Origin: Escherichia phage FL15
Reading direction: 5' to 3' (one strand)
Length of the DNA: 64,000 bases
Sequence record: PP400778
Below the pieces are notes generated by a model. That model was not told the DNA's origin and did no database searches. It saw only the letters and a program-made list of their open reading frames with translations. The position numbers and the translations under genes were made by a program. Shown here piece by piece: positions 36,835 to 46,467 of the stretch. Every line of letters starts with the position of its first letter. Within the stretch, counting starts at the first letter, position 1.

Positions 36835-37338
36835 TTAAATTAAAGAAAATTTGTAAATCTCTATCAGATCGCCATTACACGCGTAAACTTCCTCGATCTC
36901 ATCAAGGATCATGGTCGTCCCTGTCTTGTATATGCACTCGCGCTCATCTGCCAACATAGCATACAAAGACAGTCGAGTAGTCGGATTGTCATACTCTTTA
37001 GACACCACTCGGTCAATAGCATGTTCGTAATAATTCATGCAAGGCTTGGTAGGTTTTATTGCAATAATCTTTCCTGTTGCATAAACATCGGTTGCAAAGT
37101 CCTCTGCTGTTGATTGCAGTGGCGTAAAGCTCATAGGACGCTCTACAACGAAAGAATCACCAACAATTAAGGTATCCAGCTTACGGCCTTCTCTTTTGCT
37201 CACACCGCGATACAAGGCTTCATGATGCACTAACCGCTCAGTCTTTTCAATCAATCCATTAAGGATCGACATATCGATATTTTCTTTAGAGTTCATCACC
37301 TCATCAATGATGTTAAGTTCTTCTGGTGTAAATTGCAT
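36835..37338 (-). CDS. hypothetical protein, possible ADP-ribosyltransferase-like (ModA/ModB position)
   Basis: 167 aa; YRG, S-T-x and E-x-E-like elements in the expected order; weak. Confidence 0.4.
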   Translation of the reverse strand: MQFTPEELNIIDEVMNSKENIDMSILNGLIEKTERLVHHEALYRGVSKREGRKLDTLIVGDSFVVERPMSFTPLQSTAEDFATDVYATGKIIAIKPTKPCMNYYEHAIDRVVSKEYDNPTTRLSLYAMLADERECIYKTGTTMILDEIEEVYACNGDLIEIYKFSLI

Positions 37339-37340
37339 AA

Positions 37341-37371
37341 TAAAAAAGCCTCCAATCTTTCGACGGGAGGC
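37341..37371 (-). terminator. intrinsic terminator after gene 56
   Basis: Minus strand GCCTCCC-loop-GGAGGC hairpin followed by TTTTTTATT. Confidence 0.55.
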
Positions 37372-37400
37372 ATAATAAAACCATGATAGAGTAGTGTCAA
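37372..37400 (-). promoter_or_regulatory. sigma70-type early promoter
   Basis: Minus strand TTGACA (37395-37400), 17-nt spacer, TATTAT (37372-37377), overlapping the terminator. Confidence 0.45.
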
Positions 37401-37407
37401 CTAATTT

Positions 37408-37932
37408 TTAGTAGCCGCGTTCTTGACGGGCGAAGTTTTCAGCATTTTTCAGATAGTACAGAATAAAGAGTTCTTGAGCGTCAATACCCAGCGGGATCAT
37501 CTTTGACAGAATGAAGTGGATCGCGTCCACAAATTCAAATTTCACTTCAAGCTGATCTTCTGGTGACAGTTCAGAGAATTTACGCGCTCGCGCTTCCCCG
37601 TGGTTCTTTTTCCACATTTTCCAGATTGCACTTGCATCTTTACCATTGGACATTCCACCCAGCGATGTGTAAAGCTCTCGTGTTTCGTCTGCGATAGCGT
37701 CATCCATCCGTTGCATCCAATCCAGCATTTCACCGCAAGTCTCTAGCTTAGTTGGATTTGGGACCCAATCAAATTTTTCGGATAGTGCAACCTGCAAACC
37801 AGTTTGCATTTCTAGCATCACCTGAAACGGATCTTTACCTTCTGCAATCGCGTGATGATATGCGGCGATAGCCGCGTTAATATCTTTTTCGTTAACCAGA
37901 CCAGCACAAGAATTAAATTCTGACATATTCAC
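37408..37932 (-). CDS. 56: dCTP pyrophosphatase gp56 (MazG-like)
   Basis: 174 aa; matches T4 gp56 (KDP.QVML.MQ, KLET.G.M..WM, ASA.WKKWK, SPEDQLE.KFE.VD..HF.L, LYYLKN.ENFARQ.RGY). Confidence 0.9.
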   Translation of the reverse strand: MNMSEFNSCAGLVNEKDINAAIAAYHHAIAEGKDPFQVMLEMQTGLQVALSEKFDWVPNPTKLETCGEMLDWMQRMDDAIADETRELYTSLGGMSNGKDASAIWKMWKKNHGEARARKFSELSPEDQLEVKFEFVDAIHFILSKMIPLGIDAQELFILYYLKNAENFARQERGY

Positions 37933-37940
37933 CTCATTAA

Positions 37941-38969
37941 TTAAAATTTACAATATTTCATAAACCGCATTTTAGCCATCAGACCTTGTACGGTGTTCTC
38001 TTTGATATATTCCATGATCTGGTCGCGTGTAGCGCCCTCGTCCTGAATCATGGCGTTAACGTCTTTAGAATGCCACGGGCAACGGTCCCACAATACAATC
38101 TTTTCCCCTGCATTGATAAACTTTTCCAGTCGGTGCATTGTATCGGCAGACCGTGGTTCCGCATCAAGTACAAACACTCGCTGATCAGGGAAAGGAATTT
38201 CATCTAATCCCAAAGTACCGCCAGTAATTGCACACCCGTTATCAATAAACAATGAATCGATCGGACCTTCTAAGAAATACACTGGCCTACTCGGATCGGC
38301 GCGTTCAAGACCATAGACCTTACTCGCTAACTCATGAGTTTTAATCGTCATATATTTGGTCTTTCCGTAATCCTTTCTCAATGCTCGCCCCTGAATGGAT
38401 TCTATCTTGTTCTCGCGGTTAAAGATAGGAATCACTAAACGCGGTTCAGGTTGTGGATTCTTGAAAGTATCAGCCTTAATGTGATTTGCTACCTTTTGCC
38501 ATTCTCTCGTGAAATACAGAAGATACCATTTATCGTGGGGAATGCAACGATCACTGACATACTTTATTATAGGATGATTAGCCGGAAGAGTATCTAATCT
38601 CTCGCAGAAAGGCAATGTTTGCACTTTCTTAATCTCCGGCTTTTCTACCTTTTTCAGTGGCTTGAACGTGGTGTTCTTGTGGTCGCCTTGTTCCTTCCGT
38701 CGTTCCATAAGCCATTCCCTGAATAGGTCCGGCTTATACTGTTTAAGAAATTCACCTAACGGCTGATTGTAGTTACAGTTGAAACAGCCGCAACGCAAAC
38801 TATCCTTATAGGTATAGATACGGAATCGCGCTTGAGTATGATTTTTCTTTGAGTCACCGCAGATCGGACAACTACAGACCAGCGTAAATGAGCTAGTATG
38901 CAACCGTTTAAAATTTCGTTCGCCGTATATGGCTTTTTCCGCTATTTCATAATCTGCGTAGTAAATCAT
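37941..38969 (-). CDS. 61: DNA primase gp61
   Basis: 342 aa; N-terminal zinc ribbon CSCPICGDSKKN...CGCFNC and TOPRIM-like core; T4 position next to gene 41 region. Confidence 0.9.
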   Translation of the reverse strand: MIYYADYEIAEKAIYGERNFKRLHTSSFTLVCSCPICGDSKKNHTQARFRIYTYKDSLRCGCFNCNYNQPLGEFLKQYKPDLFREWLMERRKEQGDHKNTTFKPLKKVEKPEIKKVQTLPFCERLDTLPANHPIIKYVSDRCIPHDKWYLLYFTREWQKVANHIKADTFKNPQPEPRLVIPIFNRENKIESIQGRALRKDYGKTKYMTIKTHELASKVYGLERADPSRPVYFLEGPIDSLFIDNGCAITGGTLGLDEIPFPDQRVFVLDAEPRSADTMHRLEKFINAGEKIVLWDRCPWHSKDVNAMIQDEGATRDQIMEYIKENTVQGLMAKMRFMKYCKF

Positions 38970-38978
38970 AATAACCTC

Positions 38979-39182
38979 TTATAGCTCAAATTTCATGAAA
39001 GTTCCTACACTTTCATTTTCATTCTCTCCGTTTTCATCTAAGCCAAATTTGTAGACACTACCATCTGGCGATGTGTAAGAGAATACACGAAAACGGCCTA
39101 CCGGATCAAGTTCTGTAAATTCATATTCTTTTCCGGCTTCAAAAAGTGCATATGTGCTTTTAAGACATTTCATCGTAATCAT
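38979..39182 (-). CDS. hypothetical small protein
   Basis: 67-aa ORF; ATG overlaps the upstream stop (ATGA). Confidence 0.5.
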   Translation of the reverse strand: MITMKCLKSTYALFEAGKEYEFTELDPVGRFRVFSYTSPDGSVYKFGLDENGENENESVGTFMKFEL

Positions 39183-39322
39183 TTAAGCGCCACCGATAAC
39201 AGAATGAGAACTACACCAACATACATTGTGATCTCGGATAACTTTTCTGTTTTTGTTTTGTGTCCAGATAATCCGAAAACAACAACACCGATAATAGCGG
39301 ACAGCAAGCCAACGATAAACAT
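39179..39322 (-). CDS. small membrane protein (47 aa, two hydrophobic segments)
   Basis: Below track cutoff; MFIVGLLSAIIGVVVFGLSGHKTKTEKLSEITMYVGVVLILLSVALK; stop overlaps next start (ATGA). Confidence 0.4.
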   Translation of the reverse strand: MFIVGLLSAIIGVVVFGLSGHKTKTEKLSEITMYVGVVLILLSVALK

Positions 39323-39329
39323 GATGATA

Positions 39330-39506
39330 CTAAGCACCGTCTTTCTCCTTTTTGCGTTTTTCTTTACCCGCTACACTAGGTCCACGATTGGTAATAGATC
39401 CGCTCGTTTCACCTGCTGCGATCTTCTCAGGATTGCCGCCAGCATCGCCAGCGGTCATATCTTCTTTGAGTTTATTTTCTTCAACAAACTGTTTAAATCC
39501 AATCAT
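39330..39506 (-). CDS. hypothetical small protein (58 aa)
   Basis: Below track cutoff; ATG overlaps the stop of the 39503-39787 ORF (ATGA); basic C-terminus. Confidence 0.4.
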   Translation of the reverse strand: MIGFKQFVEENKLKEDMTAGDAGGNPEKIAAGETSGSITNRGPSVAGKEKRKKEKDGA

Positions 39507-39787
39507 AGAATAATCTCTTTCAGTAAGTCAACAATCTGGTCTTTCGTCAGTTTATCCTGATCCTCTACAATCTTGATAACACAAGCATTAACATCTTTTC
39601 GAGTCACGCGGGAGATCGTTTTAATACGATGAAACGGTTCGTAGAAATATACTGCTTCATTATAGGTCGCAGCAATTTTTTGACGCATTTGATCTTTATC
39701 GGCCATAAAAACAATTGCAATTTTCGGATCTACACCAGCCACATCATAAAGTTCGGCGACTCCCCAGCGTCCTCCCGGTTCAATCAT
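39503..39787 (-). CDS. hypothetical protein
   Basis: 94-aa ORF; a 30-aa ORF in another frame ends on its ATG, so a frameshifted longer gene cannot be excluded. Confidence 0.45.
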   Translation of the reverse strand: MIEPGGRWGVAELYDVAGVDPKIAIVFMADKDQMRQKIAATYNEAVYFYEPFHRIKTISRVTRKDVNACVIKIVEDQDKLTKDQIVDLLKEIIL

Positions 39788-39906
39788 CCCAGCGTGTTTA
39801 CCGTTAATAAAGATAAGATGTCTCCGTTATTTGCGGTTTTAAATGCTACATCTTCCGGCGTAATCATATTCTTCATAATATCGTCTCCTTAGAGTTTCAT
39901 TATAGA

Positions 39907-40542
39907 TCAAGCGAACGTAGAAAGCAAATGTTTTGTTTCTTTCAGTTGTCGTTCAAGATCTTTGCGTTTCTCTTTAAGTTGCATTTTAGCATTATTTCGC
40001 TGTTTTTCAACATCTTTATCAATATGCTTAGTCCAATTATCAATATCAGAATAAGTTGGCATACCCAATTCTAGACCTAATGCGGTTGGATACAGGGTAA
40101 CAGTCCATAAACCGCTAATCTTCTTAAATAGGTCTGTGTGTAGTGTACTATCTACATCTTCCGGTGTCAACTCTTTTTCTTCTTTCAGTGGTGGGATCTC
40201 GTCATATGGTTCCAGTGCATTTACTTTAATATCAGATACCTCATCAAAGAATCCGCGTACATCCGCAGGAAATACACAAGCAATTTCCCAACCGTGATCA
40301 CGCAGAGAAGTAATATTTTTCACTCCCCCACCATGTGTGATGATTGATGTGACATTGCCATCAAGGTCCACCGAATTTACGAGAAATGGCTTATCGTCTG
40401 TCAGATCATTATAAAACTGTGCTTCGGCTGTAGTCATCTCCAGAAACAGATCTCGGATCGGACGACCATCCGGTGCGTTACCTTCCTTGAGAGTATAAAA
40501 GCGACTTACGATCCATTTTGGCGGTAAAGCATTAGCAATCAT
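39907..40542 (-). CDS. hypothetical protein
   Basis: 211-aa ORF between gene 41 and the small-ORF chain. Confidence 0.5.
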   Translation of the reverse strand: MIANALPPKWIVSRFYTLKEGNAPDGRPIRDLFLEMTTAEAQFYNDLTDDKPFLVNSVDLDGNVTSIITHGGGVKNITSLRDHGWEIACVFPADVRGFFDEVSDIKVNALEPYDEIPPLKEEKELTPEDVDSTLHTDLFKKISGLWTVTLYPTALGLELGMPTYSDIDNWTKHIDKDVEKQRNNAKMQLKEKRKDLERQLKETKHLLSTFA

Positions 40543-40592
40543 GTTATATCTCCTATCAAATCATTCACCAGCGCCCCGCAGGGCGCATTTTA

Positions 40593-42005
40593 TTAGAAAG
40601 TCATGTTATTTGCTAGCTCGTCGAGTTTTTCTCGTTTCTCGGCTTGCTGTGCGCTTTGTGGTTTAACTTGTGCGTTCTCCTGATCTGCGATCTGGTTTGG
40701 TACTTCATACCAACGCTGATTGCCTTTCTTCACACCAACGTTAAACCGTGAATAATAGTTCTTATCACCGTAACGAGACTTGATCTGCTTCATGAGTTGG
40801 ACGCCCATTTTAGCCAGGTCTTCGGTTTCGATAACACCCAACATAAAATCTGCTGTAGCCGGAAGACCTGCTGATTCAGCGGTATCACTCATGTTAAGGT
40901 CGGAAGCATCCCAACCAGCACGGGTAGTCTGTGCCGCAGTCCAACCAACAACATCCCACTTAACAAAAAAACCTCGCAGTTCTTCCGCAATCGCCTTAAC
41001 TAGTGTGTAACTATTTTCAGAGTATACACGCAAGCGAGACGATGCGCAAATCCCCAGATAGTCAACAATCACAACATCAGGTTTAAACTGTTTCTTGAGT
41101 CGCAATTCATTCATTAACGCCTCAAAGTGATTGGAGTTCGCGCCACCAGTCGGATACTGCTTGATCATCAATTTTCCAACCGGACGATCTCCGATCTTCT
41201 TATTCTTAACACGCTTCATACGTGCGGAATATTCCGCAAAAGAAACATTACCATTATCCAATTCATCTAATGTAATGTCAAGCAAGTTTGCGTCGATACG
41301 TTTGGCTACGACATGCTCTGCCATCTCCATTGAGATATACAATACATCATAACCACATTCCATATAATCCGCAGCAAGAGAACACAATCCAAGCGATTTA
41401 CCAACATTTACACCAGCAAGCAACACATTTAGCGTTTTTCTTTCCGCACCTCCTTTCGTGATTTTATTCAACATCGGCAGCTTAAACGGGATCTTATTCG
41501 CCTTAGTCTGATATAGCAAGAATCGTTTTTCAAAGTCATTAAACCAGTCATGACCTACATCAGAATCAAACGTAATGGATAGTGCTTCCTGCATGATCTC
41601 AGGAATAGCACCCTCACTCGGCAATTTCTTATTCTGTTTCTCTTTTGGTAGTTGTGCGTTCGCCTGAATCTCTAGCGCCCGTGACATTGCATTGTACATA
41701 GCACGGTCACGAATAAATTTTTCGGTTTCCTTCATTAACCAATCAAGGTCTTCCGGTGTATTCTCCAGCGAATCGAGAAGAGTTTTAGCCCCTTCATATG
41801 TTGTCTGATTGCCTCTCTCCTTGTCTAAAGCAATCTGTAATGCAGTTGGCGTAGGAATATTGGAATATTCGTCTACGTGCTTTTTAATCAGCTTATAAAT
41901 CAGTTTTTCTTCGTCTTCGGTGAAGTAGTCCGCTTTAAGGTGAGGCCATACATTCGTAAAGAATGCGCCATTGTAAATCAACTGTGAAAAGATAGTTTTA
42001 ATCAT
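40593..42005 (-). CDS. 41: replicative DNA helicase gp41 (DnaB-like)
   Basis: 470 aa; Walker A GVNVGKS, DnaB-type motifs, matches T4 gp41. Confidence 0.95.
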   Translation of the reverse strand: MIKTIFSQLIYNGAFFTNVWPHLKADYFTEDEEKLIYKLIKKHVDEYSNIPTPTALQIALDKERGNQTTYEGAKTLLDSLENTPEDLDWLMKETEKFIRDRAMYNAMSRALEIQANAQLPKEKQNKKLPSEGAIPEIMQEALSITFDSDVGHDWFNDFEKRFLLYQTKANKIPFKLPMLNKITKGGAERKTLNVLLAGVNVGKSLGLCSLAADYMECGYDVLYISMEMAEHVVAKRIDANLLDITLDELDNGNVSFAEYSARMKRVKNKKIGDRPVGKLMIKQYPTGGANSNHFEALMNELRLKKQFKPDVVIVDYLGICASSRLRVYSENSYTLVKAIAEELRGFFVKWDVVGWTAAQTTRAGWDASDLNMSDTAESAGLPATADFMLGVIETEDLAKMGVQLMKQIKSRYGDKNYYSRFNVGVKKGNQRWYEVPNQIADQENAQVKPQSAQQAEKREKLDELANNMTF

Positions 42006-42319
42006 ACATAGCCCCCAACTACACGCATAACAAAGGTCTTGAGTTTATACCAGAAAGTTTCTTTTTTCAACTTTTCTTCTGCTTCTTTGATCTGCGCGGT
42101 TAACGCCTTAATGACGTGTGGATATACCACATCACGATCTGACGGCGTGGAGTAGTCGACCACAATACCTTTAGTGTCTGGATCGTATTCAACATTATGA
42201 ATATAGACAATATGATGTTCTCCCTCTTCATCAACAATTATCAGTTCCTGGATAACTGTCTTCATTGCTTCTTGAATCAAGCTGTGTGCTTCTTCTAAAC
42301 TTGTTGGTTTCTTATCCAT
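42002..42319 (-). CDS. 40: hypothetical protein at the gp40 position
   Basis: 105-aa ORF between uvsX and 41, the position of T4 gene 40; call is positional only. Confidence 0.4.
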   Translation of the reverse strand: MDKKPTSLEEAHSLIQEAMKTVIQELIIVDEEGEHHIVYIHNVEYDPDTKGIVVDYSTPSDRDVVYPHVIKALTAQIKEAEEKLKKETFWYKLKTFVMRVVGGYV

Positions 42320-42341
42320 AATATAATCCTCTCTAGATATG

Positions 42342-42366
42342 AAAAAGGGGCATGTAGCCCCTTTAC
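42342..42366 (-). terminator. intrinsic terminator after uvsX
   Basis: Minus strand AAAGGGGC-TACAT-GCCCCTTT followed by TTCAT; plus strand has AAAAA upstream of the stem. Confidence 0.55.
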
Positions 42367-42374
42367 TACCATTG

Positions 42375-43445
42375 TTATGCTAACATATCTTCGATTTCTT
42401 TGTCAACTGCTTCGTCGCTGATCACTTGCCCCAGCTTATAATGATCGTTGATTGCTTCGTTAAACTTATCGTTTGTCAGAAGTGGTTTCCAGAACTCAAT
42501 GCTATTGGTTTCTTTAGCACGGAACTTGCGTTCTTCGGTTTCCATCTCTCCGGTCTCGGTATTTAGGATTGAACGGGAATACCAGCCGTTTGACGGTTTC
42601 ACCACCCAGCCTAACTCTACAGCCAATTCCAGCAAGCCGGAATAAGGATCGATGCCACCGCTAAATGTTACGCTAATCGGGAACTTCGATTTTTCTTTAA
42701 CGGTTCGTGATTTTTCCGCATTCAGGATAAAATCATAACCAGTAATTTCGGTTCCTTCTTTCTGCTGACGACGACCAATAATGAAAACTTCATTGGCTGA
42801 ATACATCGCGCCCGTACCGCCGGACATAACGGTCTTACTAAACATTTCTTGCGTTTCGTAAGTGTGGTTAATAGCGATGCACGGGATATCATTCATAGTC
42901 AGATACGGCGTAACCATACGGAACAAGCCTTTAAGTGCTTTCGCTCGCGTCATATCCTGTGCGGATTTCTCATTAATCGCGTCTTCAACTTCTTTTTTAC
43001 TTGCTAAGTTACCGATTGAGTCAATAAAGATGATCACTTTATCTTCACGGGTAATTTGCTCAAGCTGGTTCATGATTTCAAATTTAAATTCTTCGATGTT
43101 CTTGATTGGAACATGCACCACGCGATCAGGATCTACACCCATAGATTCAAGATAAGCGGGTGTAATACCGAACTCAGAATCAAAGAACAAACACGCCGCA
43201 TCAGGATTCTGTTTCATGTATGCACTAACACAAGTTAATCCCATGTTTGATTTAAAGTGCTTAGACGGACCAGCAAAGAAAATCAGACCAGATTGAAAGC
43301 CTTTTTTAAGATCACCTGAAAACGCAATATTCAGCATCGGGATCTTAGTGCGAGTATTTGTTTTTTCGTTAAAGAAGCTGGATTTAGACAGTACCGCAGT
43401 AGTTTTCAGGGTAGAGTTCTTTTTCAGTTTTTCCAGTACAGACAT
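42375..43445 (-). CDS. uvsX: UvsX recombinase (RecA-like)
   Basis: 356 aa; matches T4 UvsX (RTKIPM.NIA.SG, FFDSEFGITPAYL.SMGVDP.RV.H, FIDS.GNLASKKE.EDA, CIAINHTYETQEMFSKTVM.GGTG). Confidence 0.95.
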   Translation of the reverse strand: MSVLEKLKKNSTLKTTAVLSKSSFFNEKTNTRTKIPMLNIAFSGDLKKGFQSGLIFFAGPSKHFKSNMGLTCVSAYMKQNPDAACLFFDSEFGITPAYLESMGVDPDRVVHVPIKNIEEFKFEIMNQLEQITREDKVIIFIDSIGNLASKKEVEDAINEKSAQDMTRAKALKGLFRMVTPYLTMNDIPCIAINHTYETQEMFSKTVMSGGTGAMYSANEVFIIGRRQQKEGTEITGYDFILNAEKSRTVKEKSKFPISVTFSGGIDPYSGLLELAVELGWVVKPSNGWYSRSILNTETGEMETEERKFRAKETNSIEFWKPLLTNDKFNEAINDHYKLGQVISDEAVDKEIEDMLA

Positions 43446-43456
43446 TATTAATACCT

Positions 43457-43684
43457 CTATTCAGTTAATCCGTAATACTTTAATTGCTTCATTGTTATTC
43501 GATCTTTGTAGTGCTCTTGAATTAACTTTTTCATCGCATCAACATCGATCGTCACAAATACTTCGTTGCTGTGATTTCCGTGAACTTTCTTGAAATGCTC
43601 TATGCCTTCCTCACGTTCACGTTTAATCTTTTCAATTTCTCTCATAGTATATTTCTCACGTTGGCGGGTATCGTCACCCAACAC
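43457..43684 (-). CDS. hypothetical protein (occupies the T4 imm/42/beta-gt interval)
   Basis: 75-aa hydrophilic ORF; start uncertain; not similar to Imm, gp42 or beta-gt. Confidence 0.4.
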   Translation of the reverse strand: MLGDDTRQREKYTMREIEKIKREREEGIEHFKKVHGNHSNEVFVTIDVDAMKKLIQEHYKDRITMKQLKYYGLTE

Positions 43685-43706
43685 CCGCCATTATACACAC
43701 TTTATC

Positions 43707-46385
43707 TTAAATGTCAAACAGGTCTGTAAGAGATGCCACTTTTTCATATTGCAGCTTTGCAGCCGTGGTAATGTTCTCCAGTGGTTTGACGAAAGTCTTA
43801 TTAAACAACAAAGGCCAGTCTAACCACTTTAACACCTTTGATTCAATTTCTGGAGGAATACGAGTACCGGACAACCAACCAAAACAGATTTCTCCAAACG
43901 GATTTCGATCTTTCAGCGGTACAATCATAACCTTCTCGCCTTCACGAATCGGATCTAGTCCGAATTTTCGAGCATTACGATTATAACACAATACACTCTT
44001 AACCGCATACGGACAACCCTTAATCGGATACCCGTTTGAATCGCTGTATTTCTGTAGGTTGTTTGCAGATGATACCGCAGCAACATCAAGATAGTCAAGT
44101 TTTCTAAATTCTTGCTCAAAAATACCGTAGTATTCCTGCAACGACTCTTCACCTTCCTGCAACATACGGCGAATACATTCTTTCAGTGATTTCTGACATG
44201 CTTTAGGGGTGGAGCTACGTTGCGTTTCCAAGCCCATGATTTTTAGCTTAGGTTCAGCAAAGCGCGTTCCTTCCATATCCCAAACATTAAGAGCATAACG
44301 CTTTTTACCAGTCCAGAATCCACCGATACCCGCAGATTTCAATGGAGGACCAGCAATTGCCTCACGGTCCATAAACATCAAGTGCTCATAGTTGTTCATG
44401 TACTCGCATAACTCGCGATATCCCTTGTCGATAATAGGTTCCATTCGATGTTTACCGAAATTATCAAGGAAGTCAACAAGTTTTTCGGTATCGTCGAAAC
44501 GGTCTTCCCCGCCAACCTTATCAACAACATTGTTAACCAGCACATAAACGGAGTCAGTATCACAATAACGAACATATGCAAAATCGGTTGTTCCACAAAG
44601 CTCGTTTAAGTATTCATTAATCTTACGCTCAATCCACTGAATTGCAAGCTGACCAAACAAGGTGATCGCACTAGCGTTACGGAGATCATAAAAACGGAAT
44701 TTAGGATTCCCCAACGCACCATAAAGGGAGTTGATCAAAACTTTACGAGAAAGCTGGTTTGTATTGCACAAGATCGACTCGTCTTTACATTCTTCCAGCA
44801 ATTTCTCTAAGGCATCTTTACTTAATTCAGAAAGCATCGATTTAAACGCTTCATCAAAGTCGTGACGCACTTCAACGCTATAGTTAATGGTTCCTCCATA
44901 AACATGATTTTCATCGTGTAGAATCGCTTTACAGAGTTCAGCATTGCGATCACATGCCAACATCATGTTTTTGTACTGCTTACGCTGATCGAATACCTTT
45001 TTAATCTCAATCGGTACGATACCGTGAATATCTTTTCTATACATCCATCCGTTAGGCGAGCAAGAATACTCATCACTCGGACGTGGTGCAGTTTTATTGA
45101 TATACTCGTGCATCGGTGCAGCATCAAAAGATCCAGCGATTGTTTCAGGCGAAATATTAACCTGTCGAATAATAGATGGGTACAGACTTGTTAAGTCAAA
45201 GCTCATCATCCAACGGTAAGCATTCGGCACAGGTTCTTTTACGAATGCGCCTGGATACGTCTGCTTAGGCTGTATCTTATTTTCCGGTACTACTTTACCC
45301 TCAGCTTTCAGAGATCCGAAGATAATAGCATCCCACACTTTCATCGGGTTATAAACATGGTTAAATTTAATCTTTGCATAGAAACATAGACTATACACCA
45401 GATCGATAAATCCACGCTTTTTATCAATCGCCAGAACACGATCAACGTCGCCGATGTTATAATCGATGTAAAGTTGATGGTTGTCATCACGCAATTTCTT
45501 TAACGGACCATCATAATCAACCTTACCGATTCCTGTCTCATATTCAGCAACATAATCTAATGCATATGTTGGTTGAGTCGTAAAGCTAAATTTCTTGTAC
45601 AGGTCAATATAATCAAGGCTTTCGATCCCCATGATCGTAAATGCTTCACGCTCGTTGCCAAAATCATCCTGTGAGATTCGGGATTTAATCTTACCGCACG
45701 GGCTTAGACGGTTAGCGGTTCTACTTCCGAACTTATTACTGATACGTTTAATGATATATGGAATATCGAATGTTTCTGTGTTCCAGCCAGTGAAACCAAC
45801 GGGTCGGTTTTCCTCAAAGAATCGGATGTATTCTAACAGCAATTCATCTTCTGTGTCATAGACGTTATAAACAACGCGCTCTACAATATCAGGTCGAAGA
45901 ATAGACTTGCTAGATTCCCAGATTTCACAGTTTTTTCCTTTCAAATCAAATACAAAGAAACGATCATGTACGGAATCATAATGCGTAATTGCATCGATAG
46001 GATATTTCGCTTCTTCTGGTTTAGGAAATTCTGGGGCAGTGACCTCGATATCAACCCATGCTACACGGATTTTATTTCGGTCATATCGAATCTCGCCTTT
46101 ATACGTATCAGACAGATAGGAGATGATAAAATCATCCATCCCTAGCGCCTCTTGCCCCATTTCTCCCATCTTTTTACGCCATTTGTTGGCCTCGTTCATA
46201 GAGGGGAATTTTTTAGCAATGCAAGGCTTGCCATAGATATCTTTATAATTCGTAACCATACCAGGCGCGGCATGATGAAATAAAGTTGGCGTATATTCAA
46301 CGTAACGCTCTTGTTCTTGTCCAGCATCATCAATATAACGCTCGTAGATCTTATCACCTACTCGCTCACATGACAGAAAATACAT
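43707..46385 (-). CDS. 43: DNA polymerase gp43 (family B)
   Basis: Start MYFLSCERVGDKIYERYID (AAGGAG SD); exo and pol motifs (FD.E, YNI.DV, SLYPSII, DTDS, KKRYA) match T4 gp43. Confidence 0.95.
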   Translation of the reverse strand: MYFLSCERVGDKIYERYIDDAGQEQERYVEYTPTLFHHAAPGMVTNYKDIYGKPCIAKKFPSMNEANKWRKKMGEMGQEALGMDDFIISYLSDTYKGEIRYDRNKIRVAWVDIEVTAPEFPKPEEAKYPIDAITHYDSVHDRFFVFDLKGKNCEIWESSKSILRPDIVERVVYNVYDTEDELLLEYIRFFEENRPVGFTGWNTETFDIPYIIKRISNKFGSRTANRLSPCGKIKSRISQDDFGNEREAFTIMGIESLDYIDLYKKFSFTTQPTYALDYVAEYETGIGKVDYDGPLKKLRDDNHQLYIDYNIGDVDRVLAIDKKRGFIDLVYSLCFYAKIKFNHVYNPMKVWDAIIFGSLKAEGKVVPENKIQPKQTYPGAFVKEPVPNAYRWMMSFDLTSLYPSIIRQVNISPETIAGSFDAAPMHEYINKTAPRPSDEYSCSPNGWMYRKDIHGIVPIEIKKVFDQRKQYKNMMLACDRNAELCKAILHDENHVYGGTINYSVEVRHDFDEAFKSMLSELSKDALEKLLEECKDESILCNTNQLSRKVLINSLYGALGNPKFRFYDLRNASAITLFGQLAIQWIERKINEYLNELCGTTDFAYVRYCDTDSVYVLVNNVVDKVGGEDRFDDTEKLVDFLDNFGKHRMEPIIDKGYRELCEYMNNYEHLMFMDREAIAGPPLKSAGIGGFWTGKKRYALNVWDMEGTRFAEPKLKIMGLETQRSSTPKACQKSLKECIRRMLQEGEESLQEYYGIFEQEFRKLDYLDVAAVSSANNLQKYSDSNGYPIKGCPYAVKSVLCYNRNARKFGLDPIREGEKVMIVPLKDRNPFGEICFGWLSGTRIPPEIESKVLKWLDWPLLFNKTFVKPLENITTAAKLQYEKVASLTDLFDI

Positions 46386-46417
46386 AATATAAACTCCTTC
46401 ACTTACGAAAGACACTC

Positions 46418-46446
46418 ATTATAGGGGAATCGACTTAGTTTGTCAA
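46418..46446 (-). promoter_or_regulatory. sigma70-type promoter upstream of gene 43
   Basis: Minus strand TTGACA (46441-46446), 17-nt spacer, TATAAT (46418-46423). Confidence 0.55.
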
Positions 46447-46467
46447 TACCCCTATCCCATCAGTATC

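Noticed and set aside
39800-39893. 30-aa ORF with AAGGAG SD ending on the start codon of the 39503-39787 gene
   Set aside because: Too short to call on its own; may be the N-terminus of a frameshifted gene, but no homolog is available to confirm.
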